Source: Candidatus Hydrogenedentota bacterium (GTDB lineage: Bacteria > Hydrogenedentota > Hydrogenedentia > Hydrogenedentales > SLHB01). From it: a DNA stretch of 64,000 bases. The position numbers and the translations under genes were made by a program. The stretch is taken from contig CAXXYE010000010.1 in assembly GCA_963674865.2 (NCBI GenBank), positions 32,001 to 96,000 on the forward strand, given 5' to 3'. Below, piece after piece: positions 49,441-58,849 of this stretch. Every line of letters starts with the position of its first letter. The first letter of the stretch is position 1. Under the pieces are notes generated by a model. The model searched no databases. It was given only the letters and a program-made list of their open reading frames with translations, and had not been told where the DNA came from.

Positions 49441-49456
49441 CGTCTGTGACGGCGGT

Positions 49457-50365
49457 CTAGCCGCCGTTCTCTGGGCTTTCTTCCGCGTCTTCAGGTGCTT
49501 CCTCCTGCGGCTCCGCTTCCGTCTGACCTTCCGCTTGCTCCTGCACAGCCGGCGCTGCGGCCTCTTCCTGGCCAAAGGGCGGCGCCTGCGTGGCCGCCTC
49601 GAGGATGTCCTGCCCGGGAATGATGATGGCCATGGCACTGTCATCGAGCCCACCAAACATGCCGGATATTCCGCCGGCCTGGGCCTTAATCATCCGCAGG
49701 ACGTTGACGCCAACGAACTGTCCGTCAAGCGTGAACACGGGCGTGCCTAAGGATGTGTCCATGAGGCCGCCGCCGGTGACGTAGAAGGTGCGAGGCTTAT
49801 CGACAACGGCCTTGACGCGCACAAGTTCCGCGGCGTAGGCCCTGCGGGCGACTTTGCCCAAGCGATTCAACAGCACCAAAGGCTCGAGAATTTCCGGCGC
49901 GGCATCCTGGCTCATATCGATATGTGGCATGGGCTCCGCCGGCTCTTCCGCCGGCCGCACGAAGGCCAAGTCCAGGTCCTTGTCGCGCAAGATGACCTTG
50001 GCCGGAATGTCCACCCCGTCCTCAGGCACGATCTTGACATCCGTCACCTCACTACTCATATCAAAGGAGTCGGCCATGGCGCCCATCATGCTCCTAATCA
50101 TGTTGGTGGGGTCGGTTTCCGTAAGCGATACCACCGTCAGGCCGGTAGCGTCCAGCACGGTGCCTGTAACCTCCTGGGGCGTCTCCTCATCCCCTCTTCC
50201 TCCGAAGCTCATCTTTGTCACCAGCTTGACGGTTACCACGGCGCTCCGATGCGCTTCAAGAATGCCCCGGCCCTGAACCGCGACCTCATCGGCCGAGGCC
50301 CCCCACGAGAACCAGCCCACCATAAGCGCAAGCAAGAGGATGTTAACCAGGCGTTTCGTTGACAT
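49457..50365 (-). CDS. Secreted trypsin/HtrA-like domain protein lacking catalytic His and Ser
   Basis: VTGTVLDATGLTVVS, RDKDLDLAF, TSLGTPVFTLDG align with HtrA motifs; no PDZ; acidic tail. Confidence 0.75.
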   Translation of the reverse strand: MSTKRLVNILLLALMVGWFSWGASADEVAVQGRGILEAHRSAVVTVKLVTKMSFGGRGDEETPQEVTGTVLDATGLTVVSLTETDPTNMIRSMMGAMADSFDMSSEVTDVKIVPEDGVDIPAKVILRDKDLDLAFVRPAEEPAEPMPHIDMSQDAAPEILEPLVLLNRLGKVARRAYAAELVRVKAVVDKPRTFYVTGGGLMDTSLGTPVFTLDGQFVGVNVLRMIKAQAGGISGMFGGLDDSAMAIIIPGQDILEAATQAPPFGQEEAAAPAVQEQAEGQTEAEPQEEAPEDAEESPENGG

Positions 50366-50368
50366 GAG

Positions 50369-52438
50369 CTATTCACTCCCGTTTGACGGGGTTTCCCCCC
50401 ATTTTGGCTCCAGTTCCAGAAACCTAGTGTGTATCCCGCGCAAGACTCTCAGGATGATCACTTCGGATTGCGCCTCCGCGATATCCTTCATCAAAGACTT
50501 CAAGGCCTTTACATCTTCAACGGGCGTTCCATTCACCTCAAGGATCAGGTCGCCCGGATTCAAGAATCCAAGAGCCGCCCACCCTCCGGGCTCAATCCGT
50601 TCGACGAGGACTCCACGCTGCTGTTCCGACCATTTCTCCTTGGCCTTGTCGAAGAAGGCGACATTGCGTGCCGTGAACTCACAGTTGTTGTCGCGGTACT
50701 TGGCCATCTCCCGACTCAGCTTCGGAGCACGGGCCAGTTCGACATTGATTTCAGACTCCTGATCTCCCCGCAGCACCGTCAACGACACCATGCTGCCAAC
50801 TCTGTATTGGCGGATGACCGCCTCCAGTTCCTCATAGTCCTCCGGAGCGGACGCCTCCAAGGGCTCGCCGTCAACGGCGAGTATGTAATCCCCCACGCGC
50901 AGTCCCGCCGCCTCGGCGGCGCTTCCCGAAAAGACCTGAGTCACACGGAAGCCGGACAGCTCCGGACGCCCCAATTGCTCCGCGATATCCCGCGTCAGAA
51001 CCTGAGACTGGACAGGCAACCAGGCCTTCTTCACCTCAAGCCCGGGATCTTCGAGTTCCTTGATTCCCACTTTAACCACGGTGACGTACTGCTCCGTCTT
51101 GCGCTCGAATCCAACAAGTACGGGGACAGGATCGGTTTGTCCTGTGACAACTTCGGCCGTCACGCGGCGCAACGCCTCGGCGTTCTTCACGGATTCACCG
51201 TTGACGCTGACAAGGACGTCGTCGTCGAGGATGCGAGGCTTTGCGTCGTCGGCCGGTCCTCCCGGGCGGATTGAGGTAATCAGCACGCCGTCCTCGTTGT
51301 CCCGCTTCATCTGCCTGGCGAGGACAAAGGAAAGGTTCCGTGCCGTGACGCCCCATTCCCTGAATTCGTGCTGCCTTGGCAGGACACGCTCCCGGGCCGT
51401 GGGCTTCACGGTGAGGGTGGTCTCTTGTTCATCCCGAAGAACGACCGCCTTGATTTCGGTGTTGAGGGGGAGTTTGGAGGTCATCTGGTTGAGGGCCGGA
51501 AGTTGCTCCAGAAACCGGACGTCTACTTCCGCTTCGTCCAGACGCACAAGAATATCGCCAGGCTTGAATCCGGCGTCCGCGGCCGGGGAGTCCTCCAGCG
51601 TACCGCTAACCAGCACGCCGCGGTCGGTCGCGCCATGCTTGAGGCGGGGCTGCACTTCGAGGCCAAGCCAACTTCGGCTTACTTCACCGGTGGCGATTAG
51701 CTCGTCGGCCACTGCCTTGGCTAGGTTTCCCGGGATGGCGCCGCCCAAACCGATGCTAATCTCATTGATTCCGATGATCTCGCCGTCGAGATTCACAAGC
51801 GGCCCGCCGGAGTTTCCGGGATATATGGCGGCGTCATGGCCGATCCAGCGAACAAGCGCTCCCACCCGCTCGCCTTCCTGGGTGATGCCGCCCCACTGGC
51901 TCATCCATTGAGGAAGCACCAGCTCAGTATTGCTGACTATTCCGAGGGTGACGGATTGCGAAAGAGACATGGGGCTGCCCATGGCAAGAACCTGTTGACC
52001 AACTTCCACGCTGGACGAATCCCCAAAACCCGCCGTGGGGAAAGCACGACCCTCTTCCCCGTGCAACTTGATGACCGCCACATCGGTGAGTGGATCTCGC
52101 CCGATGAGTTCCGCCTCCACCTCTTCCTTTGTAGACAGAGTGCAAAGCAAGCGTGTCGCACGACCCGCGACATGGTGATTTGTGATGACGTGCCCTTCGG
52201 GCGTCACGATCACGCCGCTCCCCGAACTCTCGCGCTTCAGTTCGCGCCCTTCACTGTAGCGCGTCGAGACCACCTCGATCCGTACCAGCGCCGGCTTCAC
52301 CTTGTCGACGGCTCGGTCAACGGAGGTCCGAAGGGGCGCGGGAACTTCTTCAGAGGGGGCCGCGTGCGCATGCCACATCGCGACGACTGTAAAGGCAACC
52401 ATGCAAGCCAACAGTATACGAACACGACAGAATGCCAT
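50369..52438 (-). CDS. HtrA/DegP-like serine protease with about four PDZ domains
   Basis: ITNHHV, DVAV, PGNSGGP; four PDZ-like segments each with a (G/D)D-x-(I/L) motif. Confidence 0.92.
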   Translation of the reverse strand: MAFCRVRILLACMVAFTVVAMWHAHAAPSEEVPAPLRTSVDRAVDKVKPALVRIEVVSTRYSEGRELKRESSGSGVIVTPEGHVITNHHVAGRATRLLCTLSTKEEVEAELIGRDPLTDVAVIKLHGEEGRAFPTAGFGDSSSVEVGQQVLAMGSPMSLSQSVTLGIVSNTELVLPQWMSQWGGITQEGERVGALVRWIGHDAAIYPGNSGGPLVNLDGEIIGINEISIGLGGAIPGNLAKAVADELIATGEVSRSWLGLEVQPRLKHGATDRGVLVSGTLEDSPAADAGFKPGDILVRLDEAEVDVRFLEQLPALNQMTSKLPLNTEIKAVVLRDEQETTLTVKPTARERVLPRQHEFREWGVTARNLSFVLARQMKRDNEDGVLITSIRPGGPADDAKPRILDDDVLVSVNGESVKNAEALRRVTAEVVTGQTDPVPVLVGFERKTEQYVTVVKVGIKELEDPGLEVKKAWLPVQSQVLTRDIAEQLGRPELSGFRVTQVFSGSAAEAAGLRVGDYILAVDGEPLEASAPEDYEELEAVIRQYRVGSMVSLTVLRGDQESEINVELARAPKLSREMAKYRDNNCEFTARNVAFFDKAKEKWSEQQRGVLVERIEPGGWAALGFLNPGDLILEVNGTPVEDVKALKSLMKDIAEAQSEVIILRVLRGIHTRFLELEPKWGETPSNGSE

Positions 52439-52876
52439 ATTGTCCCCTTTCTTCGGCTGACTCGAGGCAGGAACGCTACAAGACCACGTGAGCTGTATCG
52501 GTCGCCGCTACGCCCCACACAACCGACCTTCGCCCTGCGCCGCGCCGCCTAGCCCGCCTTTCTCACAGCCGCACAACGAGACTGCACGTATGTCATGCGG
52601 AACGGGCGTATCGCCTCATAAGCCTGCCACTGGCGAGTAGGCAGAGCGTCCTGCGGTTTCTTCGACCCTTGTCATCACCAAGCCCGTTTCAATTGAACAA
52701 TAGGTGAGAAAAGCAAGCCGAAGACAACAACGTGTGAGACATCCCGCCTTAGCGTTCTCCGATTATGGCCACAGTCTAGGTTTGTGTCAAGCAGCGGGCT
52801 CCCTTATCGGCTTAACAGAGAACCGAAAGGACATATTCCGAATAGTGCGTATTATGGTCAAAACCGGCATAATGCC

Positions 52877-52905
52877 TTGACTAACTACGCCTCTTCTGCT
52901 ACACT
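52877..52905 (+). promoter_or_regulatory. Sigma70 promoter of the 6S RNA
   Basis: TTGACT-N17-TACACT with extended TG. Confidence 0.7.
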
Positions 52906-52941
52906 TTCGCGAGGACCATCAGCGACCATTTGAATAAGGTT

Positions 52942-53118
52942 TTCCCTGCTGTGTTCGACACGGGCGGAAACATTGTACCTTAGTGTTTGAACTGGGAGCC
53001 CAATATTCGCTGTGGCCAACGGCACGCCGCTCCGAGCGGACGTCGGAAGGCTACCATGAGGGCACCCCCTTGGTGTTAAGGTTCAAACAGTTTCCACCCA
53101 ACGGCATGATGCGGGGAG
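52942..53118 (+). ncRNA. ssrS: 6S RNA
   Basis: About 177 nt. 5' TCCCTGC pairs with 3' GCGGGGA; contains TGTGTTCG, GGGAGCCC, GAGGGCACCC and GGTTCAAA elements typical of 6S RNAs; has its own promoter and terminator. Confidence 0.82.
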
Positions 53119-53126
53119 CTTACATA

Positions 53127-53153
53127 GCGGGATGCCTTGTCCCGCTTTTTTTT
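53127..53153 (+). terminator. Intrinsic terminator after the 6S RNA
   Basis: GCGGGA-N7-TCCCGC followed by T8. Confidence 0.85.
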
Positions 53154-53434
53154 GCCCTGACGTGCCCGTTTGTCGGCGAAATCCCGCAATAACGACAAAC
53201 GGCAGACCCCTTGCAACATCGACGCTGAGTGGCCTTTTAGTCAAGTATATATTTGGACAAAACCCGCAGAATCGTCGTTGCGATGTTTCTGCGGGACTTC
53301 GTTTCATCAAGCGAATGACTTGCGTCACGGCGTACGGAAGTACCTGTCAGAGGGGGGCTGGACAGGTCTGGGGGGATGGGGGAGACAGTACCCTCTCAAG
53401 AAACGAAACTGCGAGAAGGTGCGTAGATTAAGTG

Positions 53435-53463
53435 TTGACACTATGTTGTATTTTTGGTACTCT
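53435..53463 (+). promoter_or_regulatory. Sigma70 promoter of the pilM operon
   Basis: TTGACA-N17-TACTCT with extended TG. Confidence 0.7.
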
Positions 53464-53587
53464 TGGTGCAGCAGAATCAGGCCGTAAACGGTTCAGCACA
53501 GCGGAAGGGCGAGGGCACAGACGCACAAAGTGGGGGCGCTGGGGAGTCGAGCAGCGCTGACCGATCAATGAAGGAGCTTAGAAATCC

Positions 53588-54808
53588 TTGCTGTTCGCGA
53601 AGCCTAGCAAATCAATCGGTGTCGACATCGGTGCGCATTCCGTTAAAGCTATCCAGATGTCAAAAGTCGGGGGGCGACTCCGCATTGACCAAGTAGGTTA
53701 TGGCACCATCGACCGTAACCAGGTCAATATCGATCCCGTAATAGCCCACGCGGAGGCCCTTCGGGAAGCCTTGCGCGCGATGCCAGTGGCTCAAGGCTTG
53801 CTGGTCGGTTCGCTTCCCGGGCAGACGGCGGTTATTCGCTACCCTCGCCTACCGAACATCCCTTATGACCAGATCGAACAATCCATCGAGAGTGAAGCCG
53901 CGCAGAGCATTCCGTACGACTTGGCCGAGGTCTTTCTCGACTGGGCGCTTCTCGATACGGTTACCGAGGGCAACGAGTCGCAGTATAAGGTCTTGCTGGT
54001 TGCGGCACGGCACGAGGTAATCGAGTCGCGCGCGCAGATCGCTGCGGCCGGCGAGGTCCAATTCGCCATACTGGATGTTGACACGCTCGCTCTTGCGGAC
54101 GCCGCCGAGAGCTGCGATTTCCTTCGTGTCGGCGAGACGGTGGCGCTCGTAGACCTCGGACTATCGTCGACGAACATCCATTTCGTCAAGGACGGCGTGT
54201 CGAATTTCGTGCGCGACGTCAGTTGGGGCACCCGGGAAATGATTCAGGCCATTGCTAAAGGCCTGCGGTGCGATTACGACGAGGCCGAGAAGACCCTGCG
54301 GGACGCCGCAATGGGCGTCAGTGGGGAACCGAGTGTTCCCGAGCCGGCAACGGCGGCGGCCCAGGAGGCAAGCGAAGAAACAGCCCCAGGCGGCGGTGCT
54401 TCCCTGCTCGATCCGTTGGAAGAAGAGCTGGCAGGCGGAGACCAGCCCCCGATAGGTGGAGGGCCTGCGGCCGGCCCGGCGGCCGGCGGTGAGAAGTCCA
54501 TACCGGAGATGCTATCGCTGCCGCTTTCTCGTTTGGTGGCGGAAACGCGCCGCTCGTTCGACTACTACGAGCAACAGCTTTACGAACGCCCCGTTGAGCG
54601 CATTATCCTCAGCGGTGGCATCGCGCCGCTGCCCCTCCTCCGTGAGGCGTTGGCGCAGGAACTCGGGATCGAGAATGTGGAAGTCGCCGACCCAACCGAC
54701 AGTGCATTGCTGCTCGGAAACGATAGAAGCCTCGACCTTCTGAGGGATTGCCCCGCCCAGTACATGGTCGCGGTTGGCTTGGCCGCACGGGGGACGCTAG
54801 AAATATGA
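53588..54808 (+). CDS. pilM: Type IV pilus assembly protein PilM
   Basis: IGVDIGAHSVK, VLLVAAR, LVDLG, RRSFDYY, ILSGG, VAVGLAAR. Confidence 0.95.
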   Translation: MLFAKPSKSIGVDIGAHSVKAIQMSKVGGRLRIDQVGYGTIDRNQVNIDPVIAHAEALREALRAMPVAQGLLVGSLPGQTAVIRYPRLPNIPYDQIEQSIESEAAQSIPYDLAEVFLDWALLDTVTEGNESQYKVLLVAARHEVIESRAQIAAAGEVQFAILDVDTLALADAAESCDFLRVGETVALVDLGLSSTNIHFVKDGVSNFVRDVSWGTREMIQAIAKGLRCDYDEAEKTLRDAAMGVSGEPSVPEPATAAAQEASEETAPGGGASLLDPLEEELAGGDQPPIGGGPAAGPAAGGEKSIPEMLSLPLSRLVAETRRSFDYYEQQLYERPVERIILSGGIAPLPLLREALAQELGIENVEVADPTDSALLLGNDRSLDLLRDCPAQYMVAVGLAARGTLEI

Positions 54809-55455
54809 TAAACGTAAATCTCCTGCCGCACCATCTTCGGCCCATCAAGCGTACGCCGTTGCCCTACATCGTGTGCTTCATCGCCGTTATCGTCGCCTTC
54901 GCCGTCATGGCCACCGTTTTTCTTGAGAAGCAAGGCGAAGTCCATGCGGCACAGAAGACATTGAATGAGCATAGGGACCTACTTGCGGCGCTTAAGCCAA
55001 TTGTCGACGAACACAACCAACTCGTCCAGCAGAAGCAGGAGTTGGCCAAGAAGATCGAAACCATCAACGAAATCGTGAGCGACCGCATTATCTGGTCGCG
55101 CCAACTCTGGAACCTTACCCGCCTTCTCCCCGCCAATTTCTGGTACAGCGGCGTTAGTGTTGAGATGCGCCGCTTCCAAGAGACCATCACGCAGTACAAT
55201 CCTGATACCAAACAGGACGAGACAAAACAGATCACGGTGATGCGGCCCGTACTTATCGTGGGGGGCCACATCATACCGGGCGAAAGCGGTAGTGCCGATT
55301 TGAGTCCTTTCCTGCTGACCGCGGAAAGGGACGACGAGTTTTCCTCGCTGTTCGAACTCGAAACGTCCTCCTTCGAAGACGCGGAATTCGAGGAATATCC
55401 CGTGCGGACATTCGAGTTAGAGTACCTTGTCTCACCGAAAAGGAACAGCAAATGA
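54805..55455 (+). CDS. pilN: PilN-like protein
   Basis: MINVNLLP motif, TM, coiled coil; ATGA coupling. Confidence 0.9.
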   Translation: MINVNLLPHHLRPIKRTPLPYIVCFIAVIVAFAVMATVFLEKQGEVHAAQKTLNEHRDLLAALKPIVDEHNQLVQQKQELAKKIETINEIVSDRIIWSRQLWNLTRLLPANFWYSGVSVEMRRFQETITQYNPDTKQDETKQITVMRPVLIVGGHIIPGESGSADLSPFLLTAERDDEFSSLFELETSSFEDAEFEEYPVRTFELEYLVSPKRNSK

Positions 55456-56024
55456 TCGATTTCCTTAAGGGGACCGTCACTCCAAAGGACTGGATGGCTG
55501 TGGCCGGCATCGCCGGTATCCTGCTCGTCATTTGCGCCCTCTTTGTGTTCGGCGTGCACAACAAGCAGGTCGAGGCGTTGAACGGATTTCTAGCCGAAGA
55601 CAAAGTCGTCCAGAAGGATTTGAGCCAGGCCCAGGCGATTGAGGCCAATATTGAAGCCCTTCGCGCGGAGACGGCCAAGATCGAGAATCTTGTCTCCGAC
55701 TTCGAGGAACGACTGCCCAACACCCGTGAGATTCCCACTCTGGTCAAGCAATTCGAAGCTTTGGCGGACGACATCGATGTGAAGGTGCAGCTTGCGACCC
55801 TCTCCCGCACGCGGGACGGCAATAAGGAGACCATTCCCTATAGCGTCGTAGCCGAAGGCGATTTCCACCAGATCGTGCGGTTCATCAACCGCCTGGAGCG
55901 GTTCGAACGGTATCTCAAGATATCCGATCTCGAAATTGGGGAAGAGAAGCAGGGGGTATGCAAAGCGGAATTCACGCTGAGCACCTACCGCTTCCTCGAA
56001 ACTAAGACGGGTAATACGCCGTGA
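55452..56024 (+). CDS. pilO: PilO-like protein
   Basis: TM, coiled coil, LPNTREIP, GDFHQIVRFINRLE. Confidence 0.9.
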   Translation: MIDFLKGTVTPKDWMAVAGIAGILLVICALFVFGVHNKQVEALNGFLAEDKVVQKDLSQAQAIEANIEALRAETAKIENLVSDFEERLPNTREIPTLVKQFEALADDIDVKVQLATLSRTRDGNKETIPYSVVAEGDFHQIVRFINRLERFERYLKISDLEIGEEKQGVCKAEFTLSTYRFLETKTGNTP

Positions 56025-56584
56025 CTCCTCAACAACAGAAAATCGCCCTCTTTGTCCTCCTCCTTCTGGCCCTTGGTGTGGCCTTATGGTGGGGGTTCTT
56101 CCGCGGCGGCGCCACAGGTGGCCAAGATGGAGCCCCCGCGCCCGCCACTGGAGAGGCCGCGGTGGCTACCGGCACGGCGCTCGCGTCTGCCCAATCGCAG
56201 CTACTACAAAATATCGAGATCGACGCCCTCTTGGAGGATATCCAGGAGGTCACCTTTGACTACGAGGAATTTGCCAAGGATGCGCGGAATCCCATGACTC
56301 CGCTTGTGGGCGAGCGGCAATACCAGATGCGTAGCGCCAGCAGCGAAGGCCCCGCGTCGGGAGAGGCGCTGCCCCCCGAACTCCAGTACGCAGTCGAGCG
56401 GACGAATCTTACAGGCATTATCTGGGATAAGGACGCCCCTCTGGCCGTCGTCGATAACGAAGTGGTTGGCCTGGGCGATGAACTCCCCAATATGGAGGGC
56501 ATCGTGGTCGATACCATCAACGTCGATCATATTGTCGTCAGGATTGGAGACGCCCTGTACCCGGTCGAACTGAAGGAGCATTAG
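56021..56584 (+). CDS. PilP/GspC-like protein anchored by a TM helix
   Basis: RNPM, LTGIIW...LAVV...GD pattern; lies between pilO and the secretin; no Cys in the protein. Confidence 0.72.
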   Translation: MTPQQQKIALFVLLLLALGVALWWGFFRGGATGGQDGAPAPATGEAAVATGTALASAQSQLLQNIEIDALLEDIQEVTFDYEEFAKDARNPMTPLVGERQYQMRSASSEGPASGEALPPELQYAVERTNLTGIIWDKDAPLAVVDNEVVGLGDELPNMEGIVVDTINVDHIVVRIGDALYPVELKEH

Positions 56585-56587
56585 ACA

Positions 56588-58750
56588 ATGTCCCAATTCA
56601 GTCGGATTTACCTTGCATCGGCCCTAGTTGCTCTCGCAGCCTTGCTCGCAACGGCTGCGGAAATGCCTGCGGAGCAGCCAGGCGCCTCCCCCGACGTGGA
56701 GAAGACGCTCGCGCGTATCGACGCCGAACTTGTCCAGGCCCGCCCCGTCGCCGATCAGGCAACGCCGGCGGACTCGGCCACGGTGTCGCCTGAATGCCTC
56801 GAGAGTGTTCTCACCCGTCTGGACACGGCTATAGACAAGCTCAGTCCGGTGGCCCGCCAGGCGGACGCCGCTTCGGCCCTTACAGGACCGGCCGTCTCCC
56901 TGGAAAGCCGGATGGCAGCGCTTGCTAGCGAACTTGAGGCCGTCCAGGCCGTTGGCGCCGACATTTCCTTCGTCCCAGGCGCGCCTGTCGCTGCACTCAC
57001 CATGGACATCCCGACGCCTCTGCCGGGCGCGGGATTCGCCACCATGACCGCCCCGGCGCGCATCCCGGCTCAACCCCGGTTCGCGCTCATTCCTTCCGTC
57101 ACGCCGCTTACCGTCTTGACGCAGGCGTCGGACGCGACCCCCGCCGAGCCCCTTGAGGCCGCCGACGCGCCCGTTGAAGCCGCTCCGGCCGCGGAACAGG
57201 CTGCACCAGCCTCCGTGGAGGACCCGCTCGATCAGCTCGTCAACATCGATTTCCGCGAAATGCCGCTCAGCAATGTGGTGGCCCTTCTCGCGCAGAAGGC
57301 GCAGATCAACGTCGTCGCCGGCGCGGATGTCGTCGGCACCGTGACGGCCAAACTCACCAATGTGCCTCTTCGCGAGGCCATCGAGACCGTCCTTCGCATG
57401 AATGGCCTCGGTATGGTCGAGAAGAAGGGCATCTTCTACATCGTGCCATACGAGCAGGCCGTCGCAGAGCGCCGCGCTACCAGAATGATCCACCTCAGGA
57501 ACGCCCAGGCAAAGGATGTGAAGCTCACCATTGACGGCATTCTCTTGGGCGACCCCGATGCGCAGCTCGTATCCGCTTCCTCAAACGACAGTACTAATAC
57601 CATCATTATCTCCGGCCCCGAAGAGAAGGTGGACGAACTCGAGGCCATCGTTGAGCAGCTCGATGTGAGTGAGCCCATGCTTCCCACGGTTACGGAGGTT
57701 ATCAAGCTCAACTACGCGGTTCCTGAGGAGATCGCCTCCACAGTCGAAGACCTGCTTACCGAGAGCGTAGGCAGCGTCTCGGCCGATGAGCGCGGCCGCA
57801 ATCTGGTCGTGACCGACATCCCCGTCGTAATAGAGGAGATCCGTGCGCTCGTCGAGCAACTTGATCAGCCGGTCAAGCAAGTGAGCATCGAGACCATGAT
57901 TGTCGATGCCGTCCTCGAAGACAGCTCCCAGACGGGCGTCGATTGGCTCCTGAACGCGGTTCGCCGCGTCAACCGCCGGGGTGAAACCGTCGGCAATCTC
58001 CAGAACCTTGGCCTGACAGCGAGCATGCCCGTCACTCAGACGGCGACTCCCGGCGGCTCGCTCGCGTTCGGTATCCTGTCGAGCGACATCGACCTCTCCG
58101 GTATCATCTCGGCCGAGGTGCAGGCCAGTAACGCCAACATTCTCGCCAATCCCGTTGTGGTGACGGTGGAGAACAAGGAAGCCACGATCAGCATCTCTGA
58201 GGAGATTCCCTACCAAGAGCTCACCCAAACCGGGGGCGGCGGGGAATTAGCTACGACCGAGTTCAAGGACGTGGGCACCATCCTCACGGTCACGCCGCGC
58301 GTGACGCATGACAATCACGTGATTGTGAACCTCAGGGCGAAACAGAGCGTAGCGACGGATGTGAGTGAGACGGGCGTTCCGGTAGAGGACAAGCGTGAGG
58401 CGGAAACCACGCTGCGCGCTTTCGACGGCCAGAGCGTTTTCATCGGTGGCCTCCGCAAGTTCCAGGACCGCAAGTCTGTCCGCAAGCTTCCCGTCCTGGG
58501 CGATCTGCCGGTGTTCGGCCTTATGTTCAAGAACGACCTGGTCGTGGAAGAAATCACGGAACTCATGATCTTCCTGACCTGCCACGTGGTCAAGGACGAA
58601 ATGCCTGAACTTGCGCCGAGCCAGCAGGAAGCGTTTGACAGACTCGGGGCCAGTCCGGAGGTTCCGAACGCGCAGCGCAGCCTCTTCCGGGGAATGCTGA
58701 AGCCCCAGGAAATGCGCGACCCGATGTGGAAATGGCGCCGGGAGAAATAG
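56588..58750 (+). CDS. pilQ: Secretin (PilQ/GspD family)
   Basis: N0 domain (IDFREMPL), two NolW-like repeats, QVSIETMIV, GTILTVTP, IGGL, KLPVLGDLP, ELMIFLT. Confidence 0.9.
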   Translation: MSQFSRIYLASALVALAALLATAAEMPAEQPGASPDVEKTLARIDAELVQARPVADQATPADSATVSPECLESVLTRLDTAIDKLSPVARQADAASALTGPAVSLESRMAALASELEAVQAVGADISFVPGAPVAALTMDIPTPLPGAGFATMTAPARIPAQPRFALIPSVTPLTVLTQASDATPAEPLEAADAPVEAAPAAEQAAPASVEDPLDQLVNIDFREMPLSNVVALLAQKAQINVVAGADVVGTVTAKLTNVPLREAIETVLRMNGLGMVEKKGIFYIVPYEQAVAERRATRMIHLRNAQAKDVKLTIDGILLGDPDAQLVSASSNDSTNTIIISGPEEKVDELEAIVEQLDVSEPMLPTVTEVIKLNYAVPEEIASTVEDLLTESVGSVSADERGRNLVVTDIPVVIEEIRALVEQLDQPVKQVSIETMIVDAVLEDSSQTGVDWLLNAVRRVNRRGETVGNLQNLGLTASMPVTQTATPGGSLAFGILSSDIDLSGIISAEVQASNANILANPVVVTVENKEATISISEEIPYQELTQTGGGGELATTEFKDVGTILTVTPRVTHDNHVIVNLRAKQSVATDVSETGVPVEDKREAETTLRAFDGQSVFIGGLRKFQDRKSVRKLPVLGDLPVFGLMFKNDLVVEEITELMIFLTCHVVKDEMPELAPSQQEAFDRLGASPEVPNAQRSLFRGMLKPQEMRDPMWKWRREK

Positions 58751-58775
58751 CCGGCCCTTTTTGAGCCGATGTACT

Positions 58776-58812
58776 ACGGCCGCGGTTTTGATGCCGCGGC
58801 CGTTTCCTTTTT
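58776..58812 (+). terminator. Intrinsic terminator between pilQ and dnaE2
   Basis: ACGGCCGCGG-N8-CCGCGGCCGT followed by TTCCTTTTT. Confidence 0.8.
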
Positions 58813-58849
58813 CCTGACGTATTGTTCAGGCGGTTCTGCAGAAAGTGTG

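Noticed and set aside
52983..53696. Short ORFs in the htrA-pilM intergenic region
   Set aside because: They overlap the 6S RNA, its terminator and the pilM promoter, and have no protein motifs.
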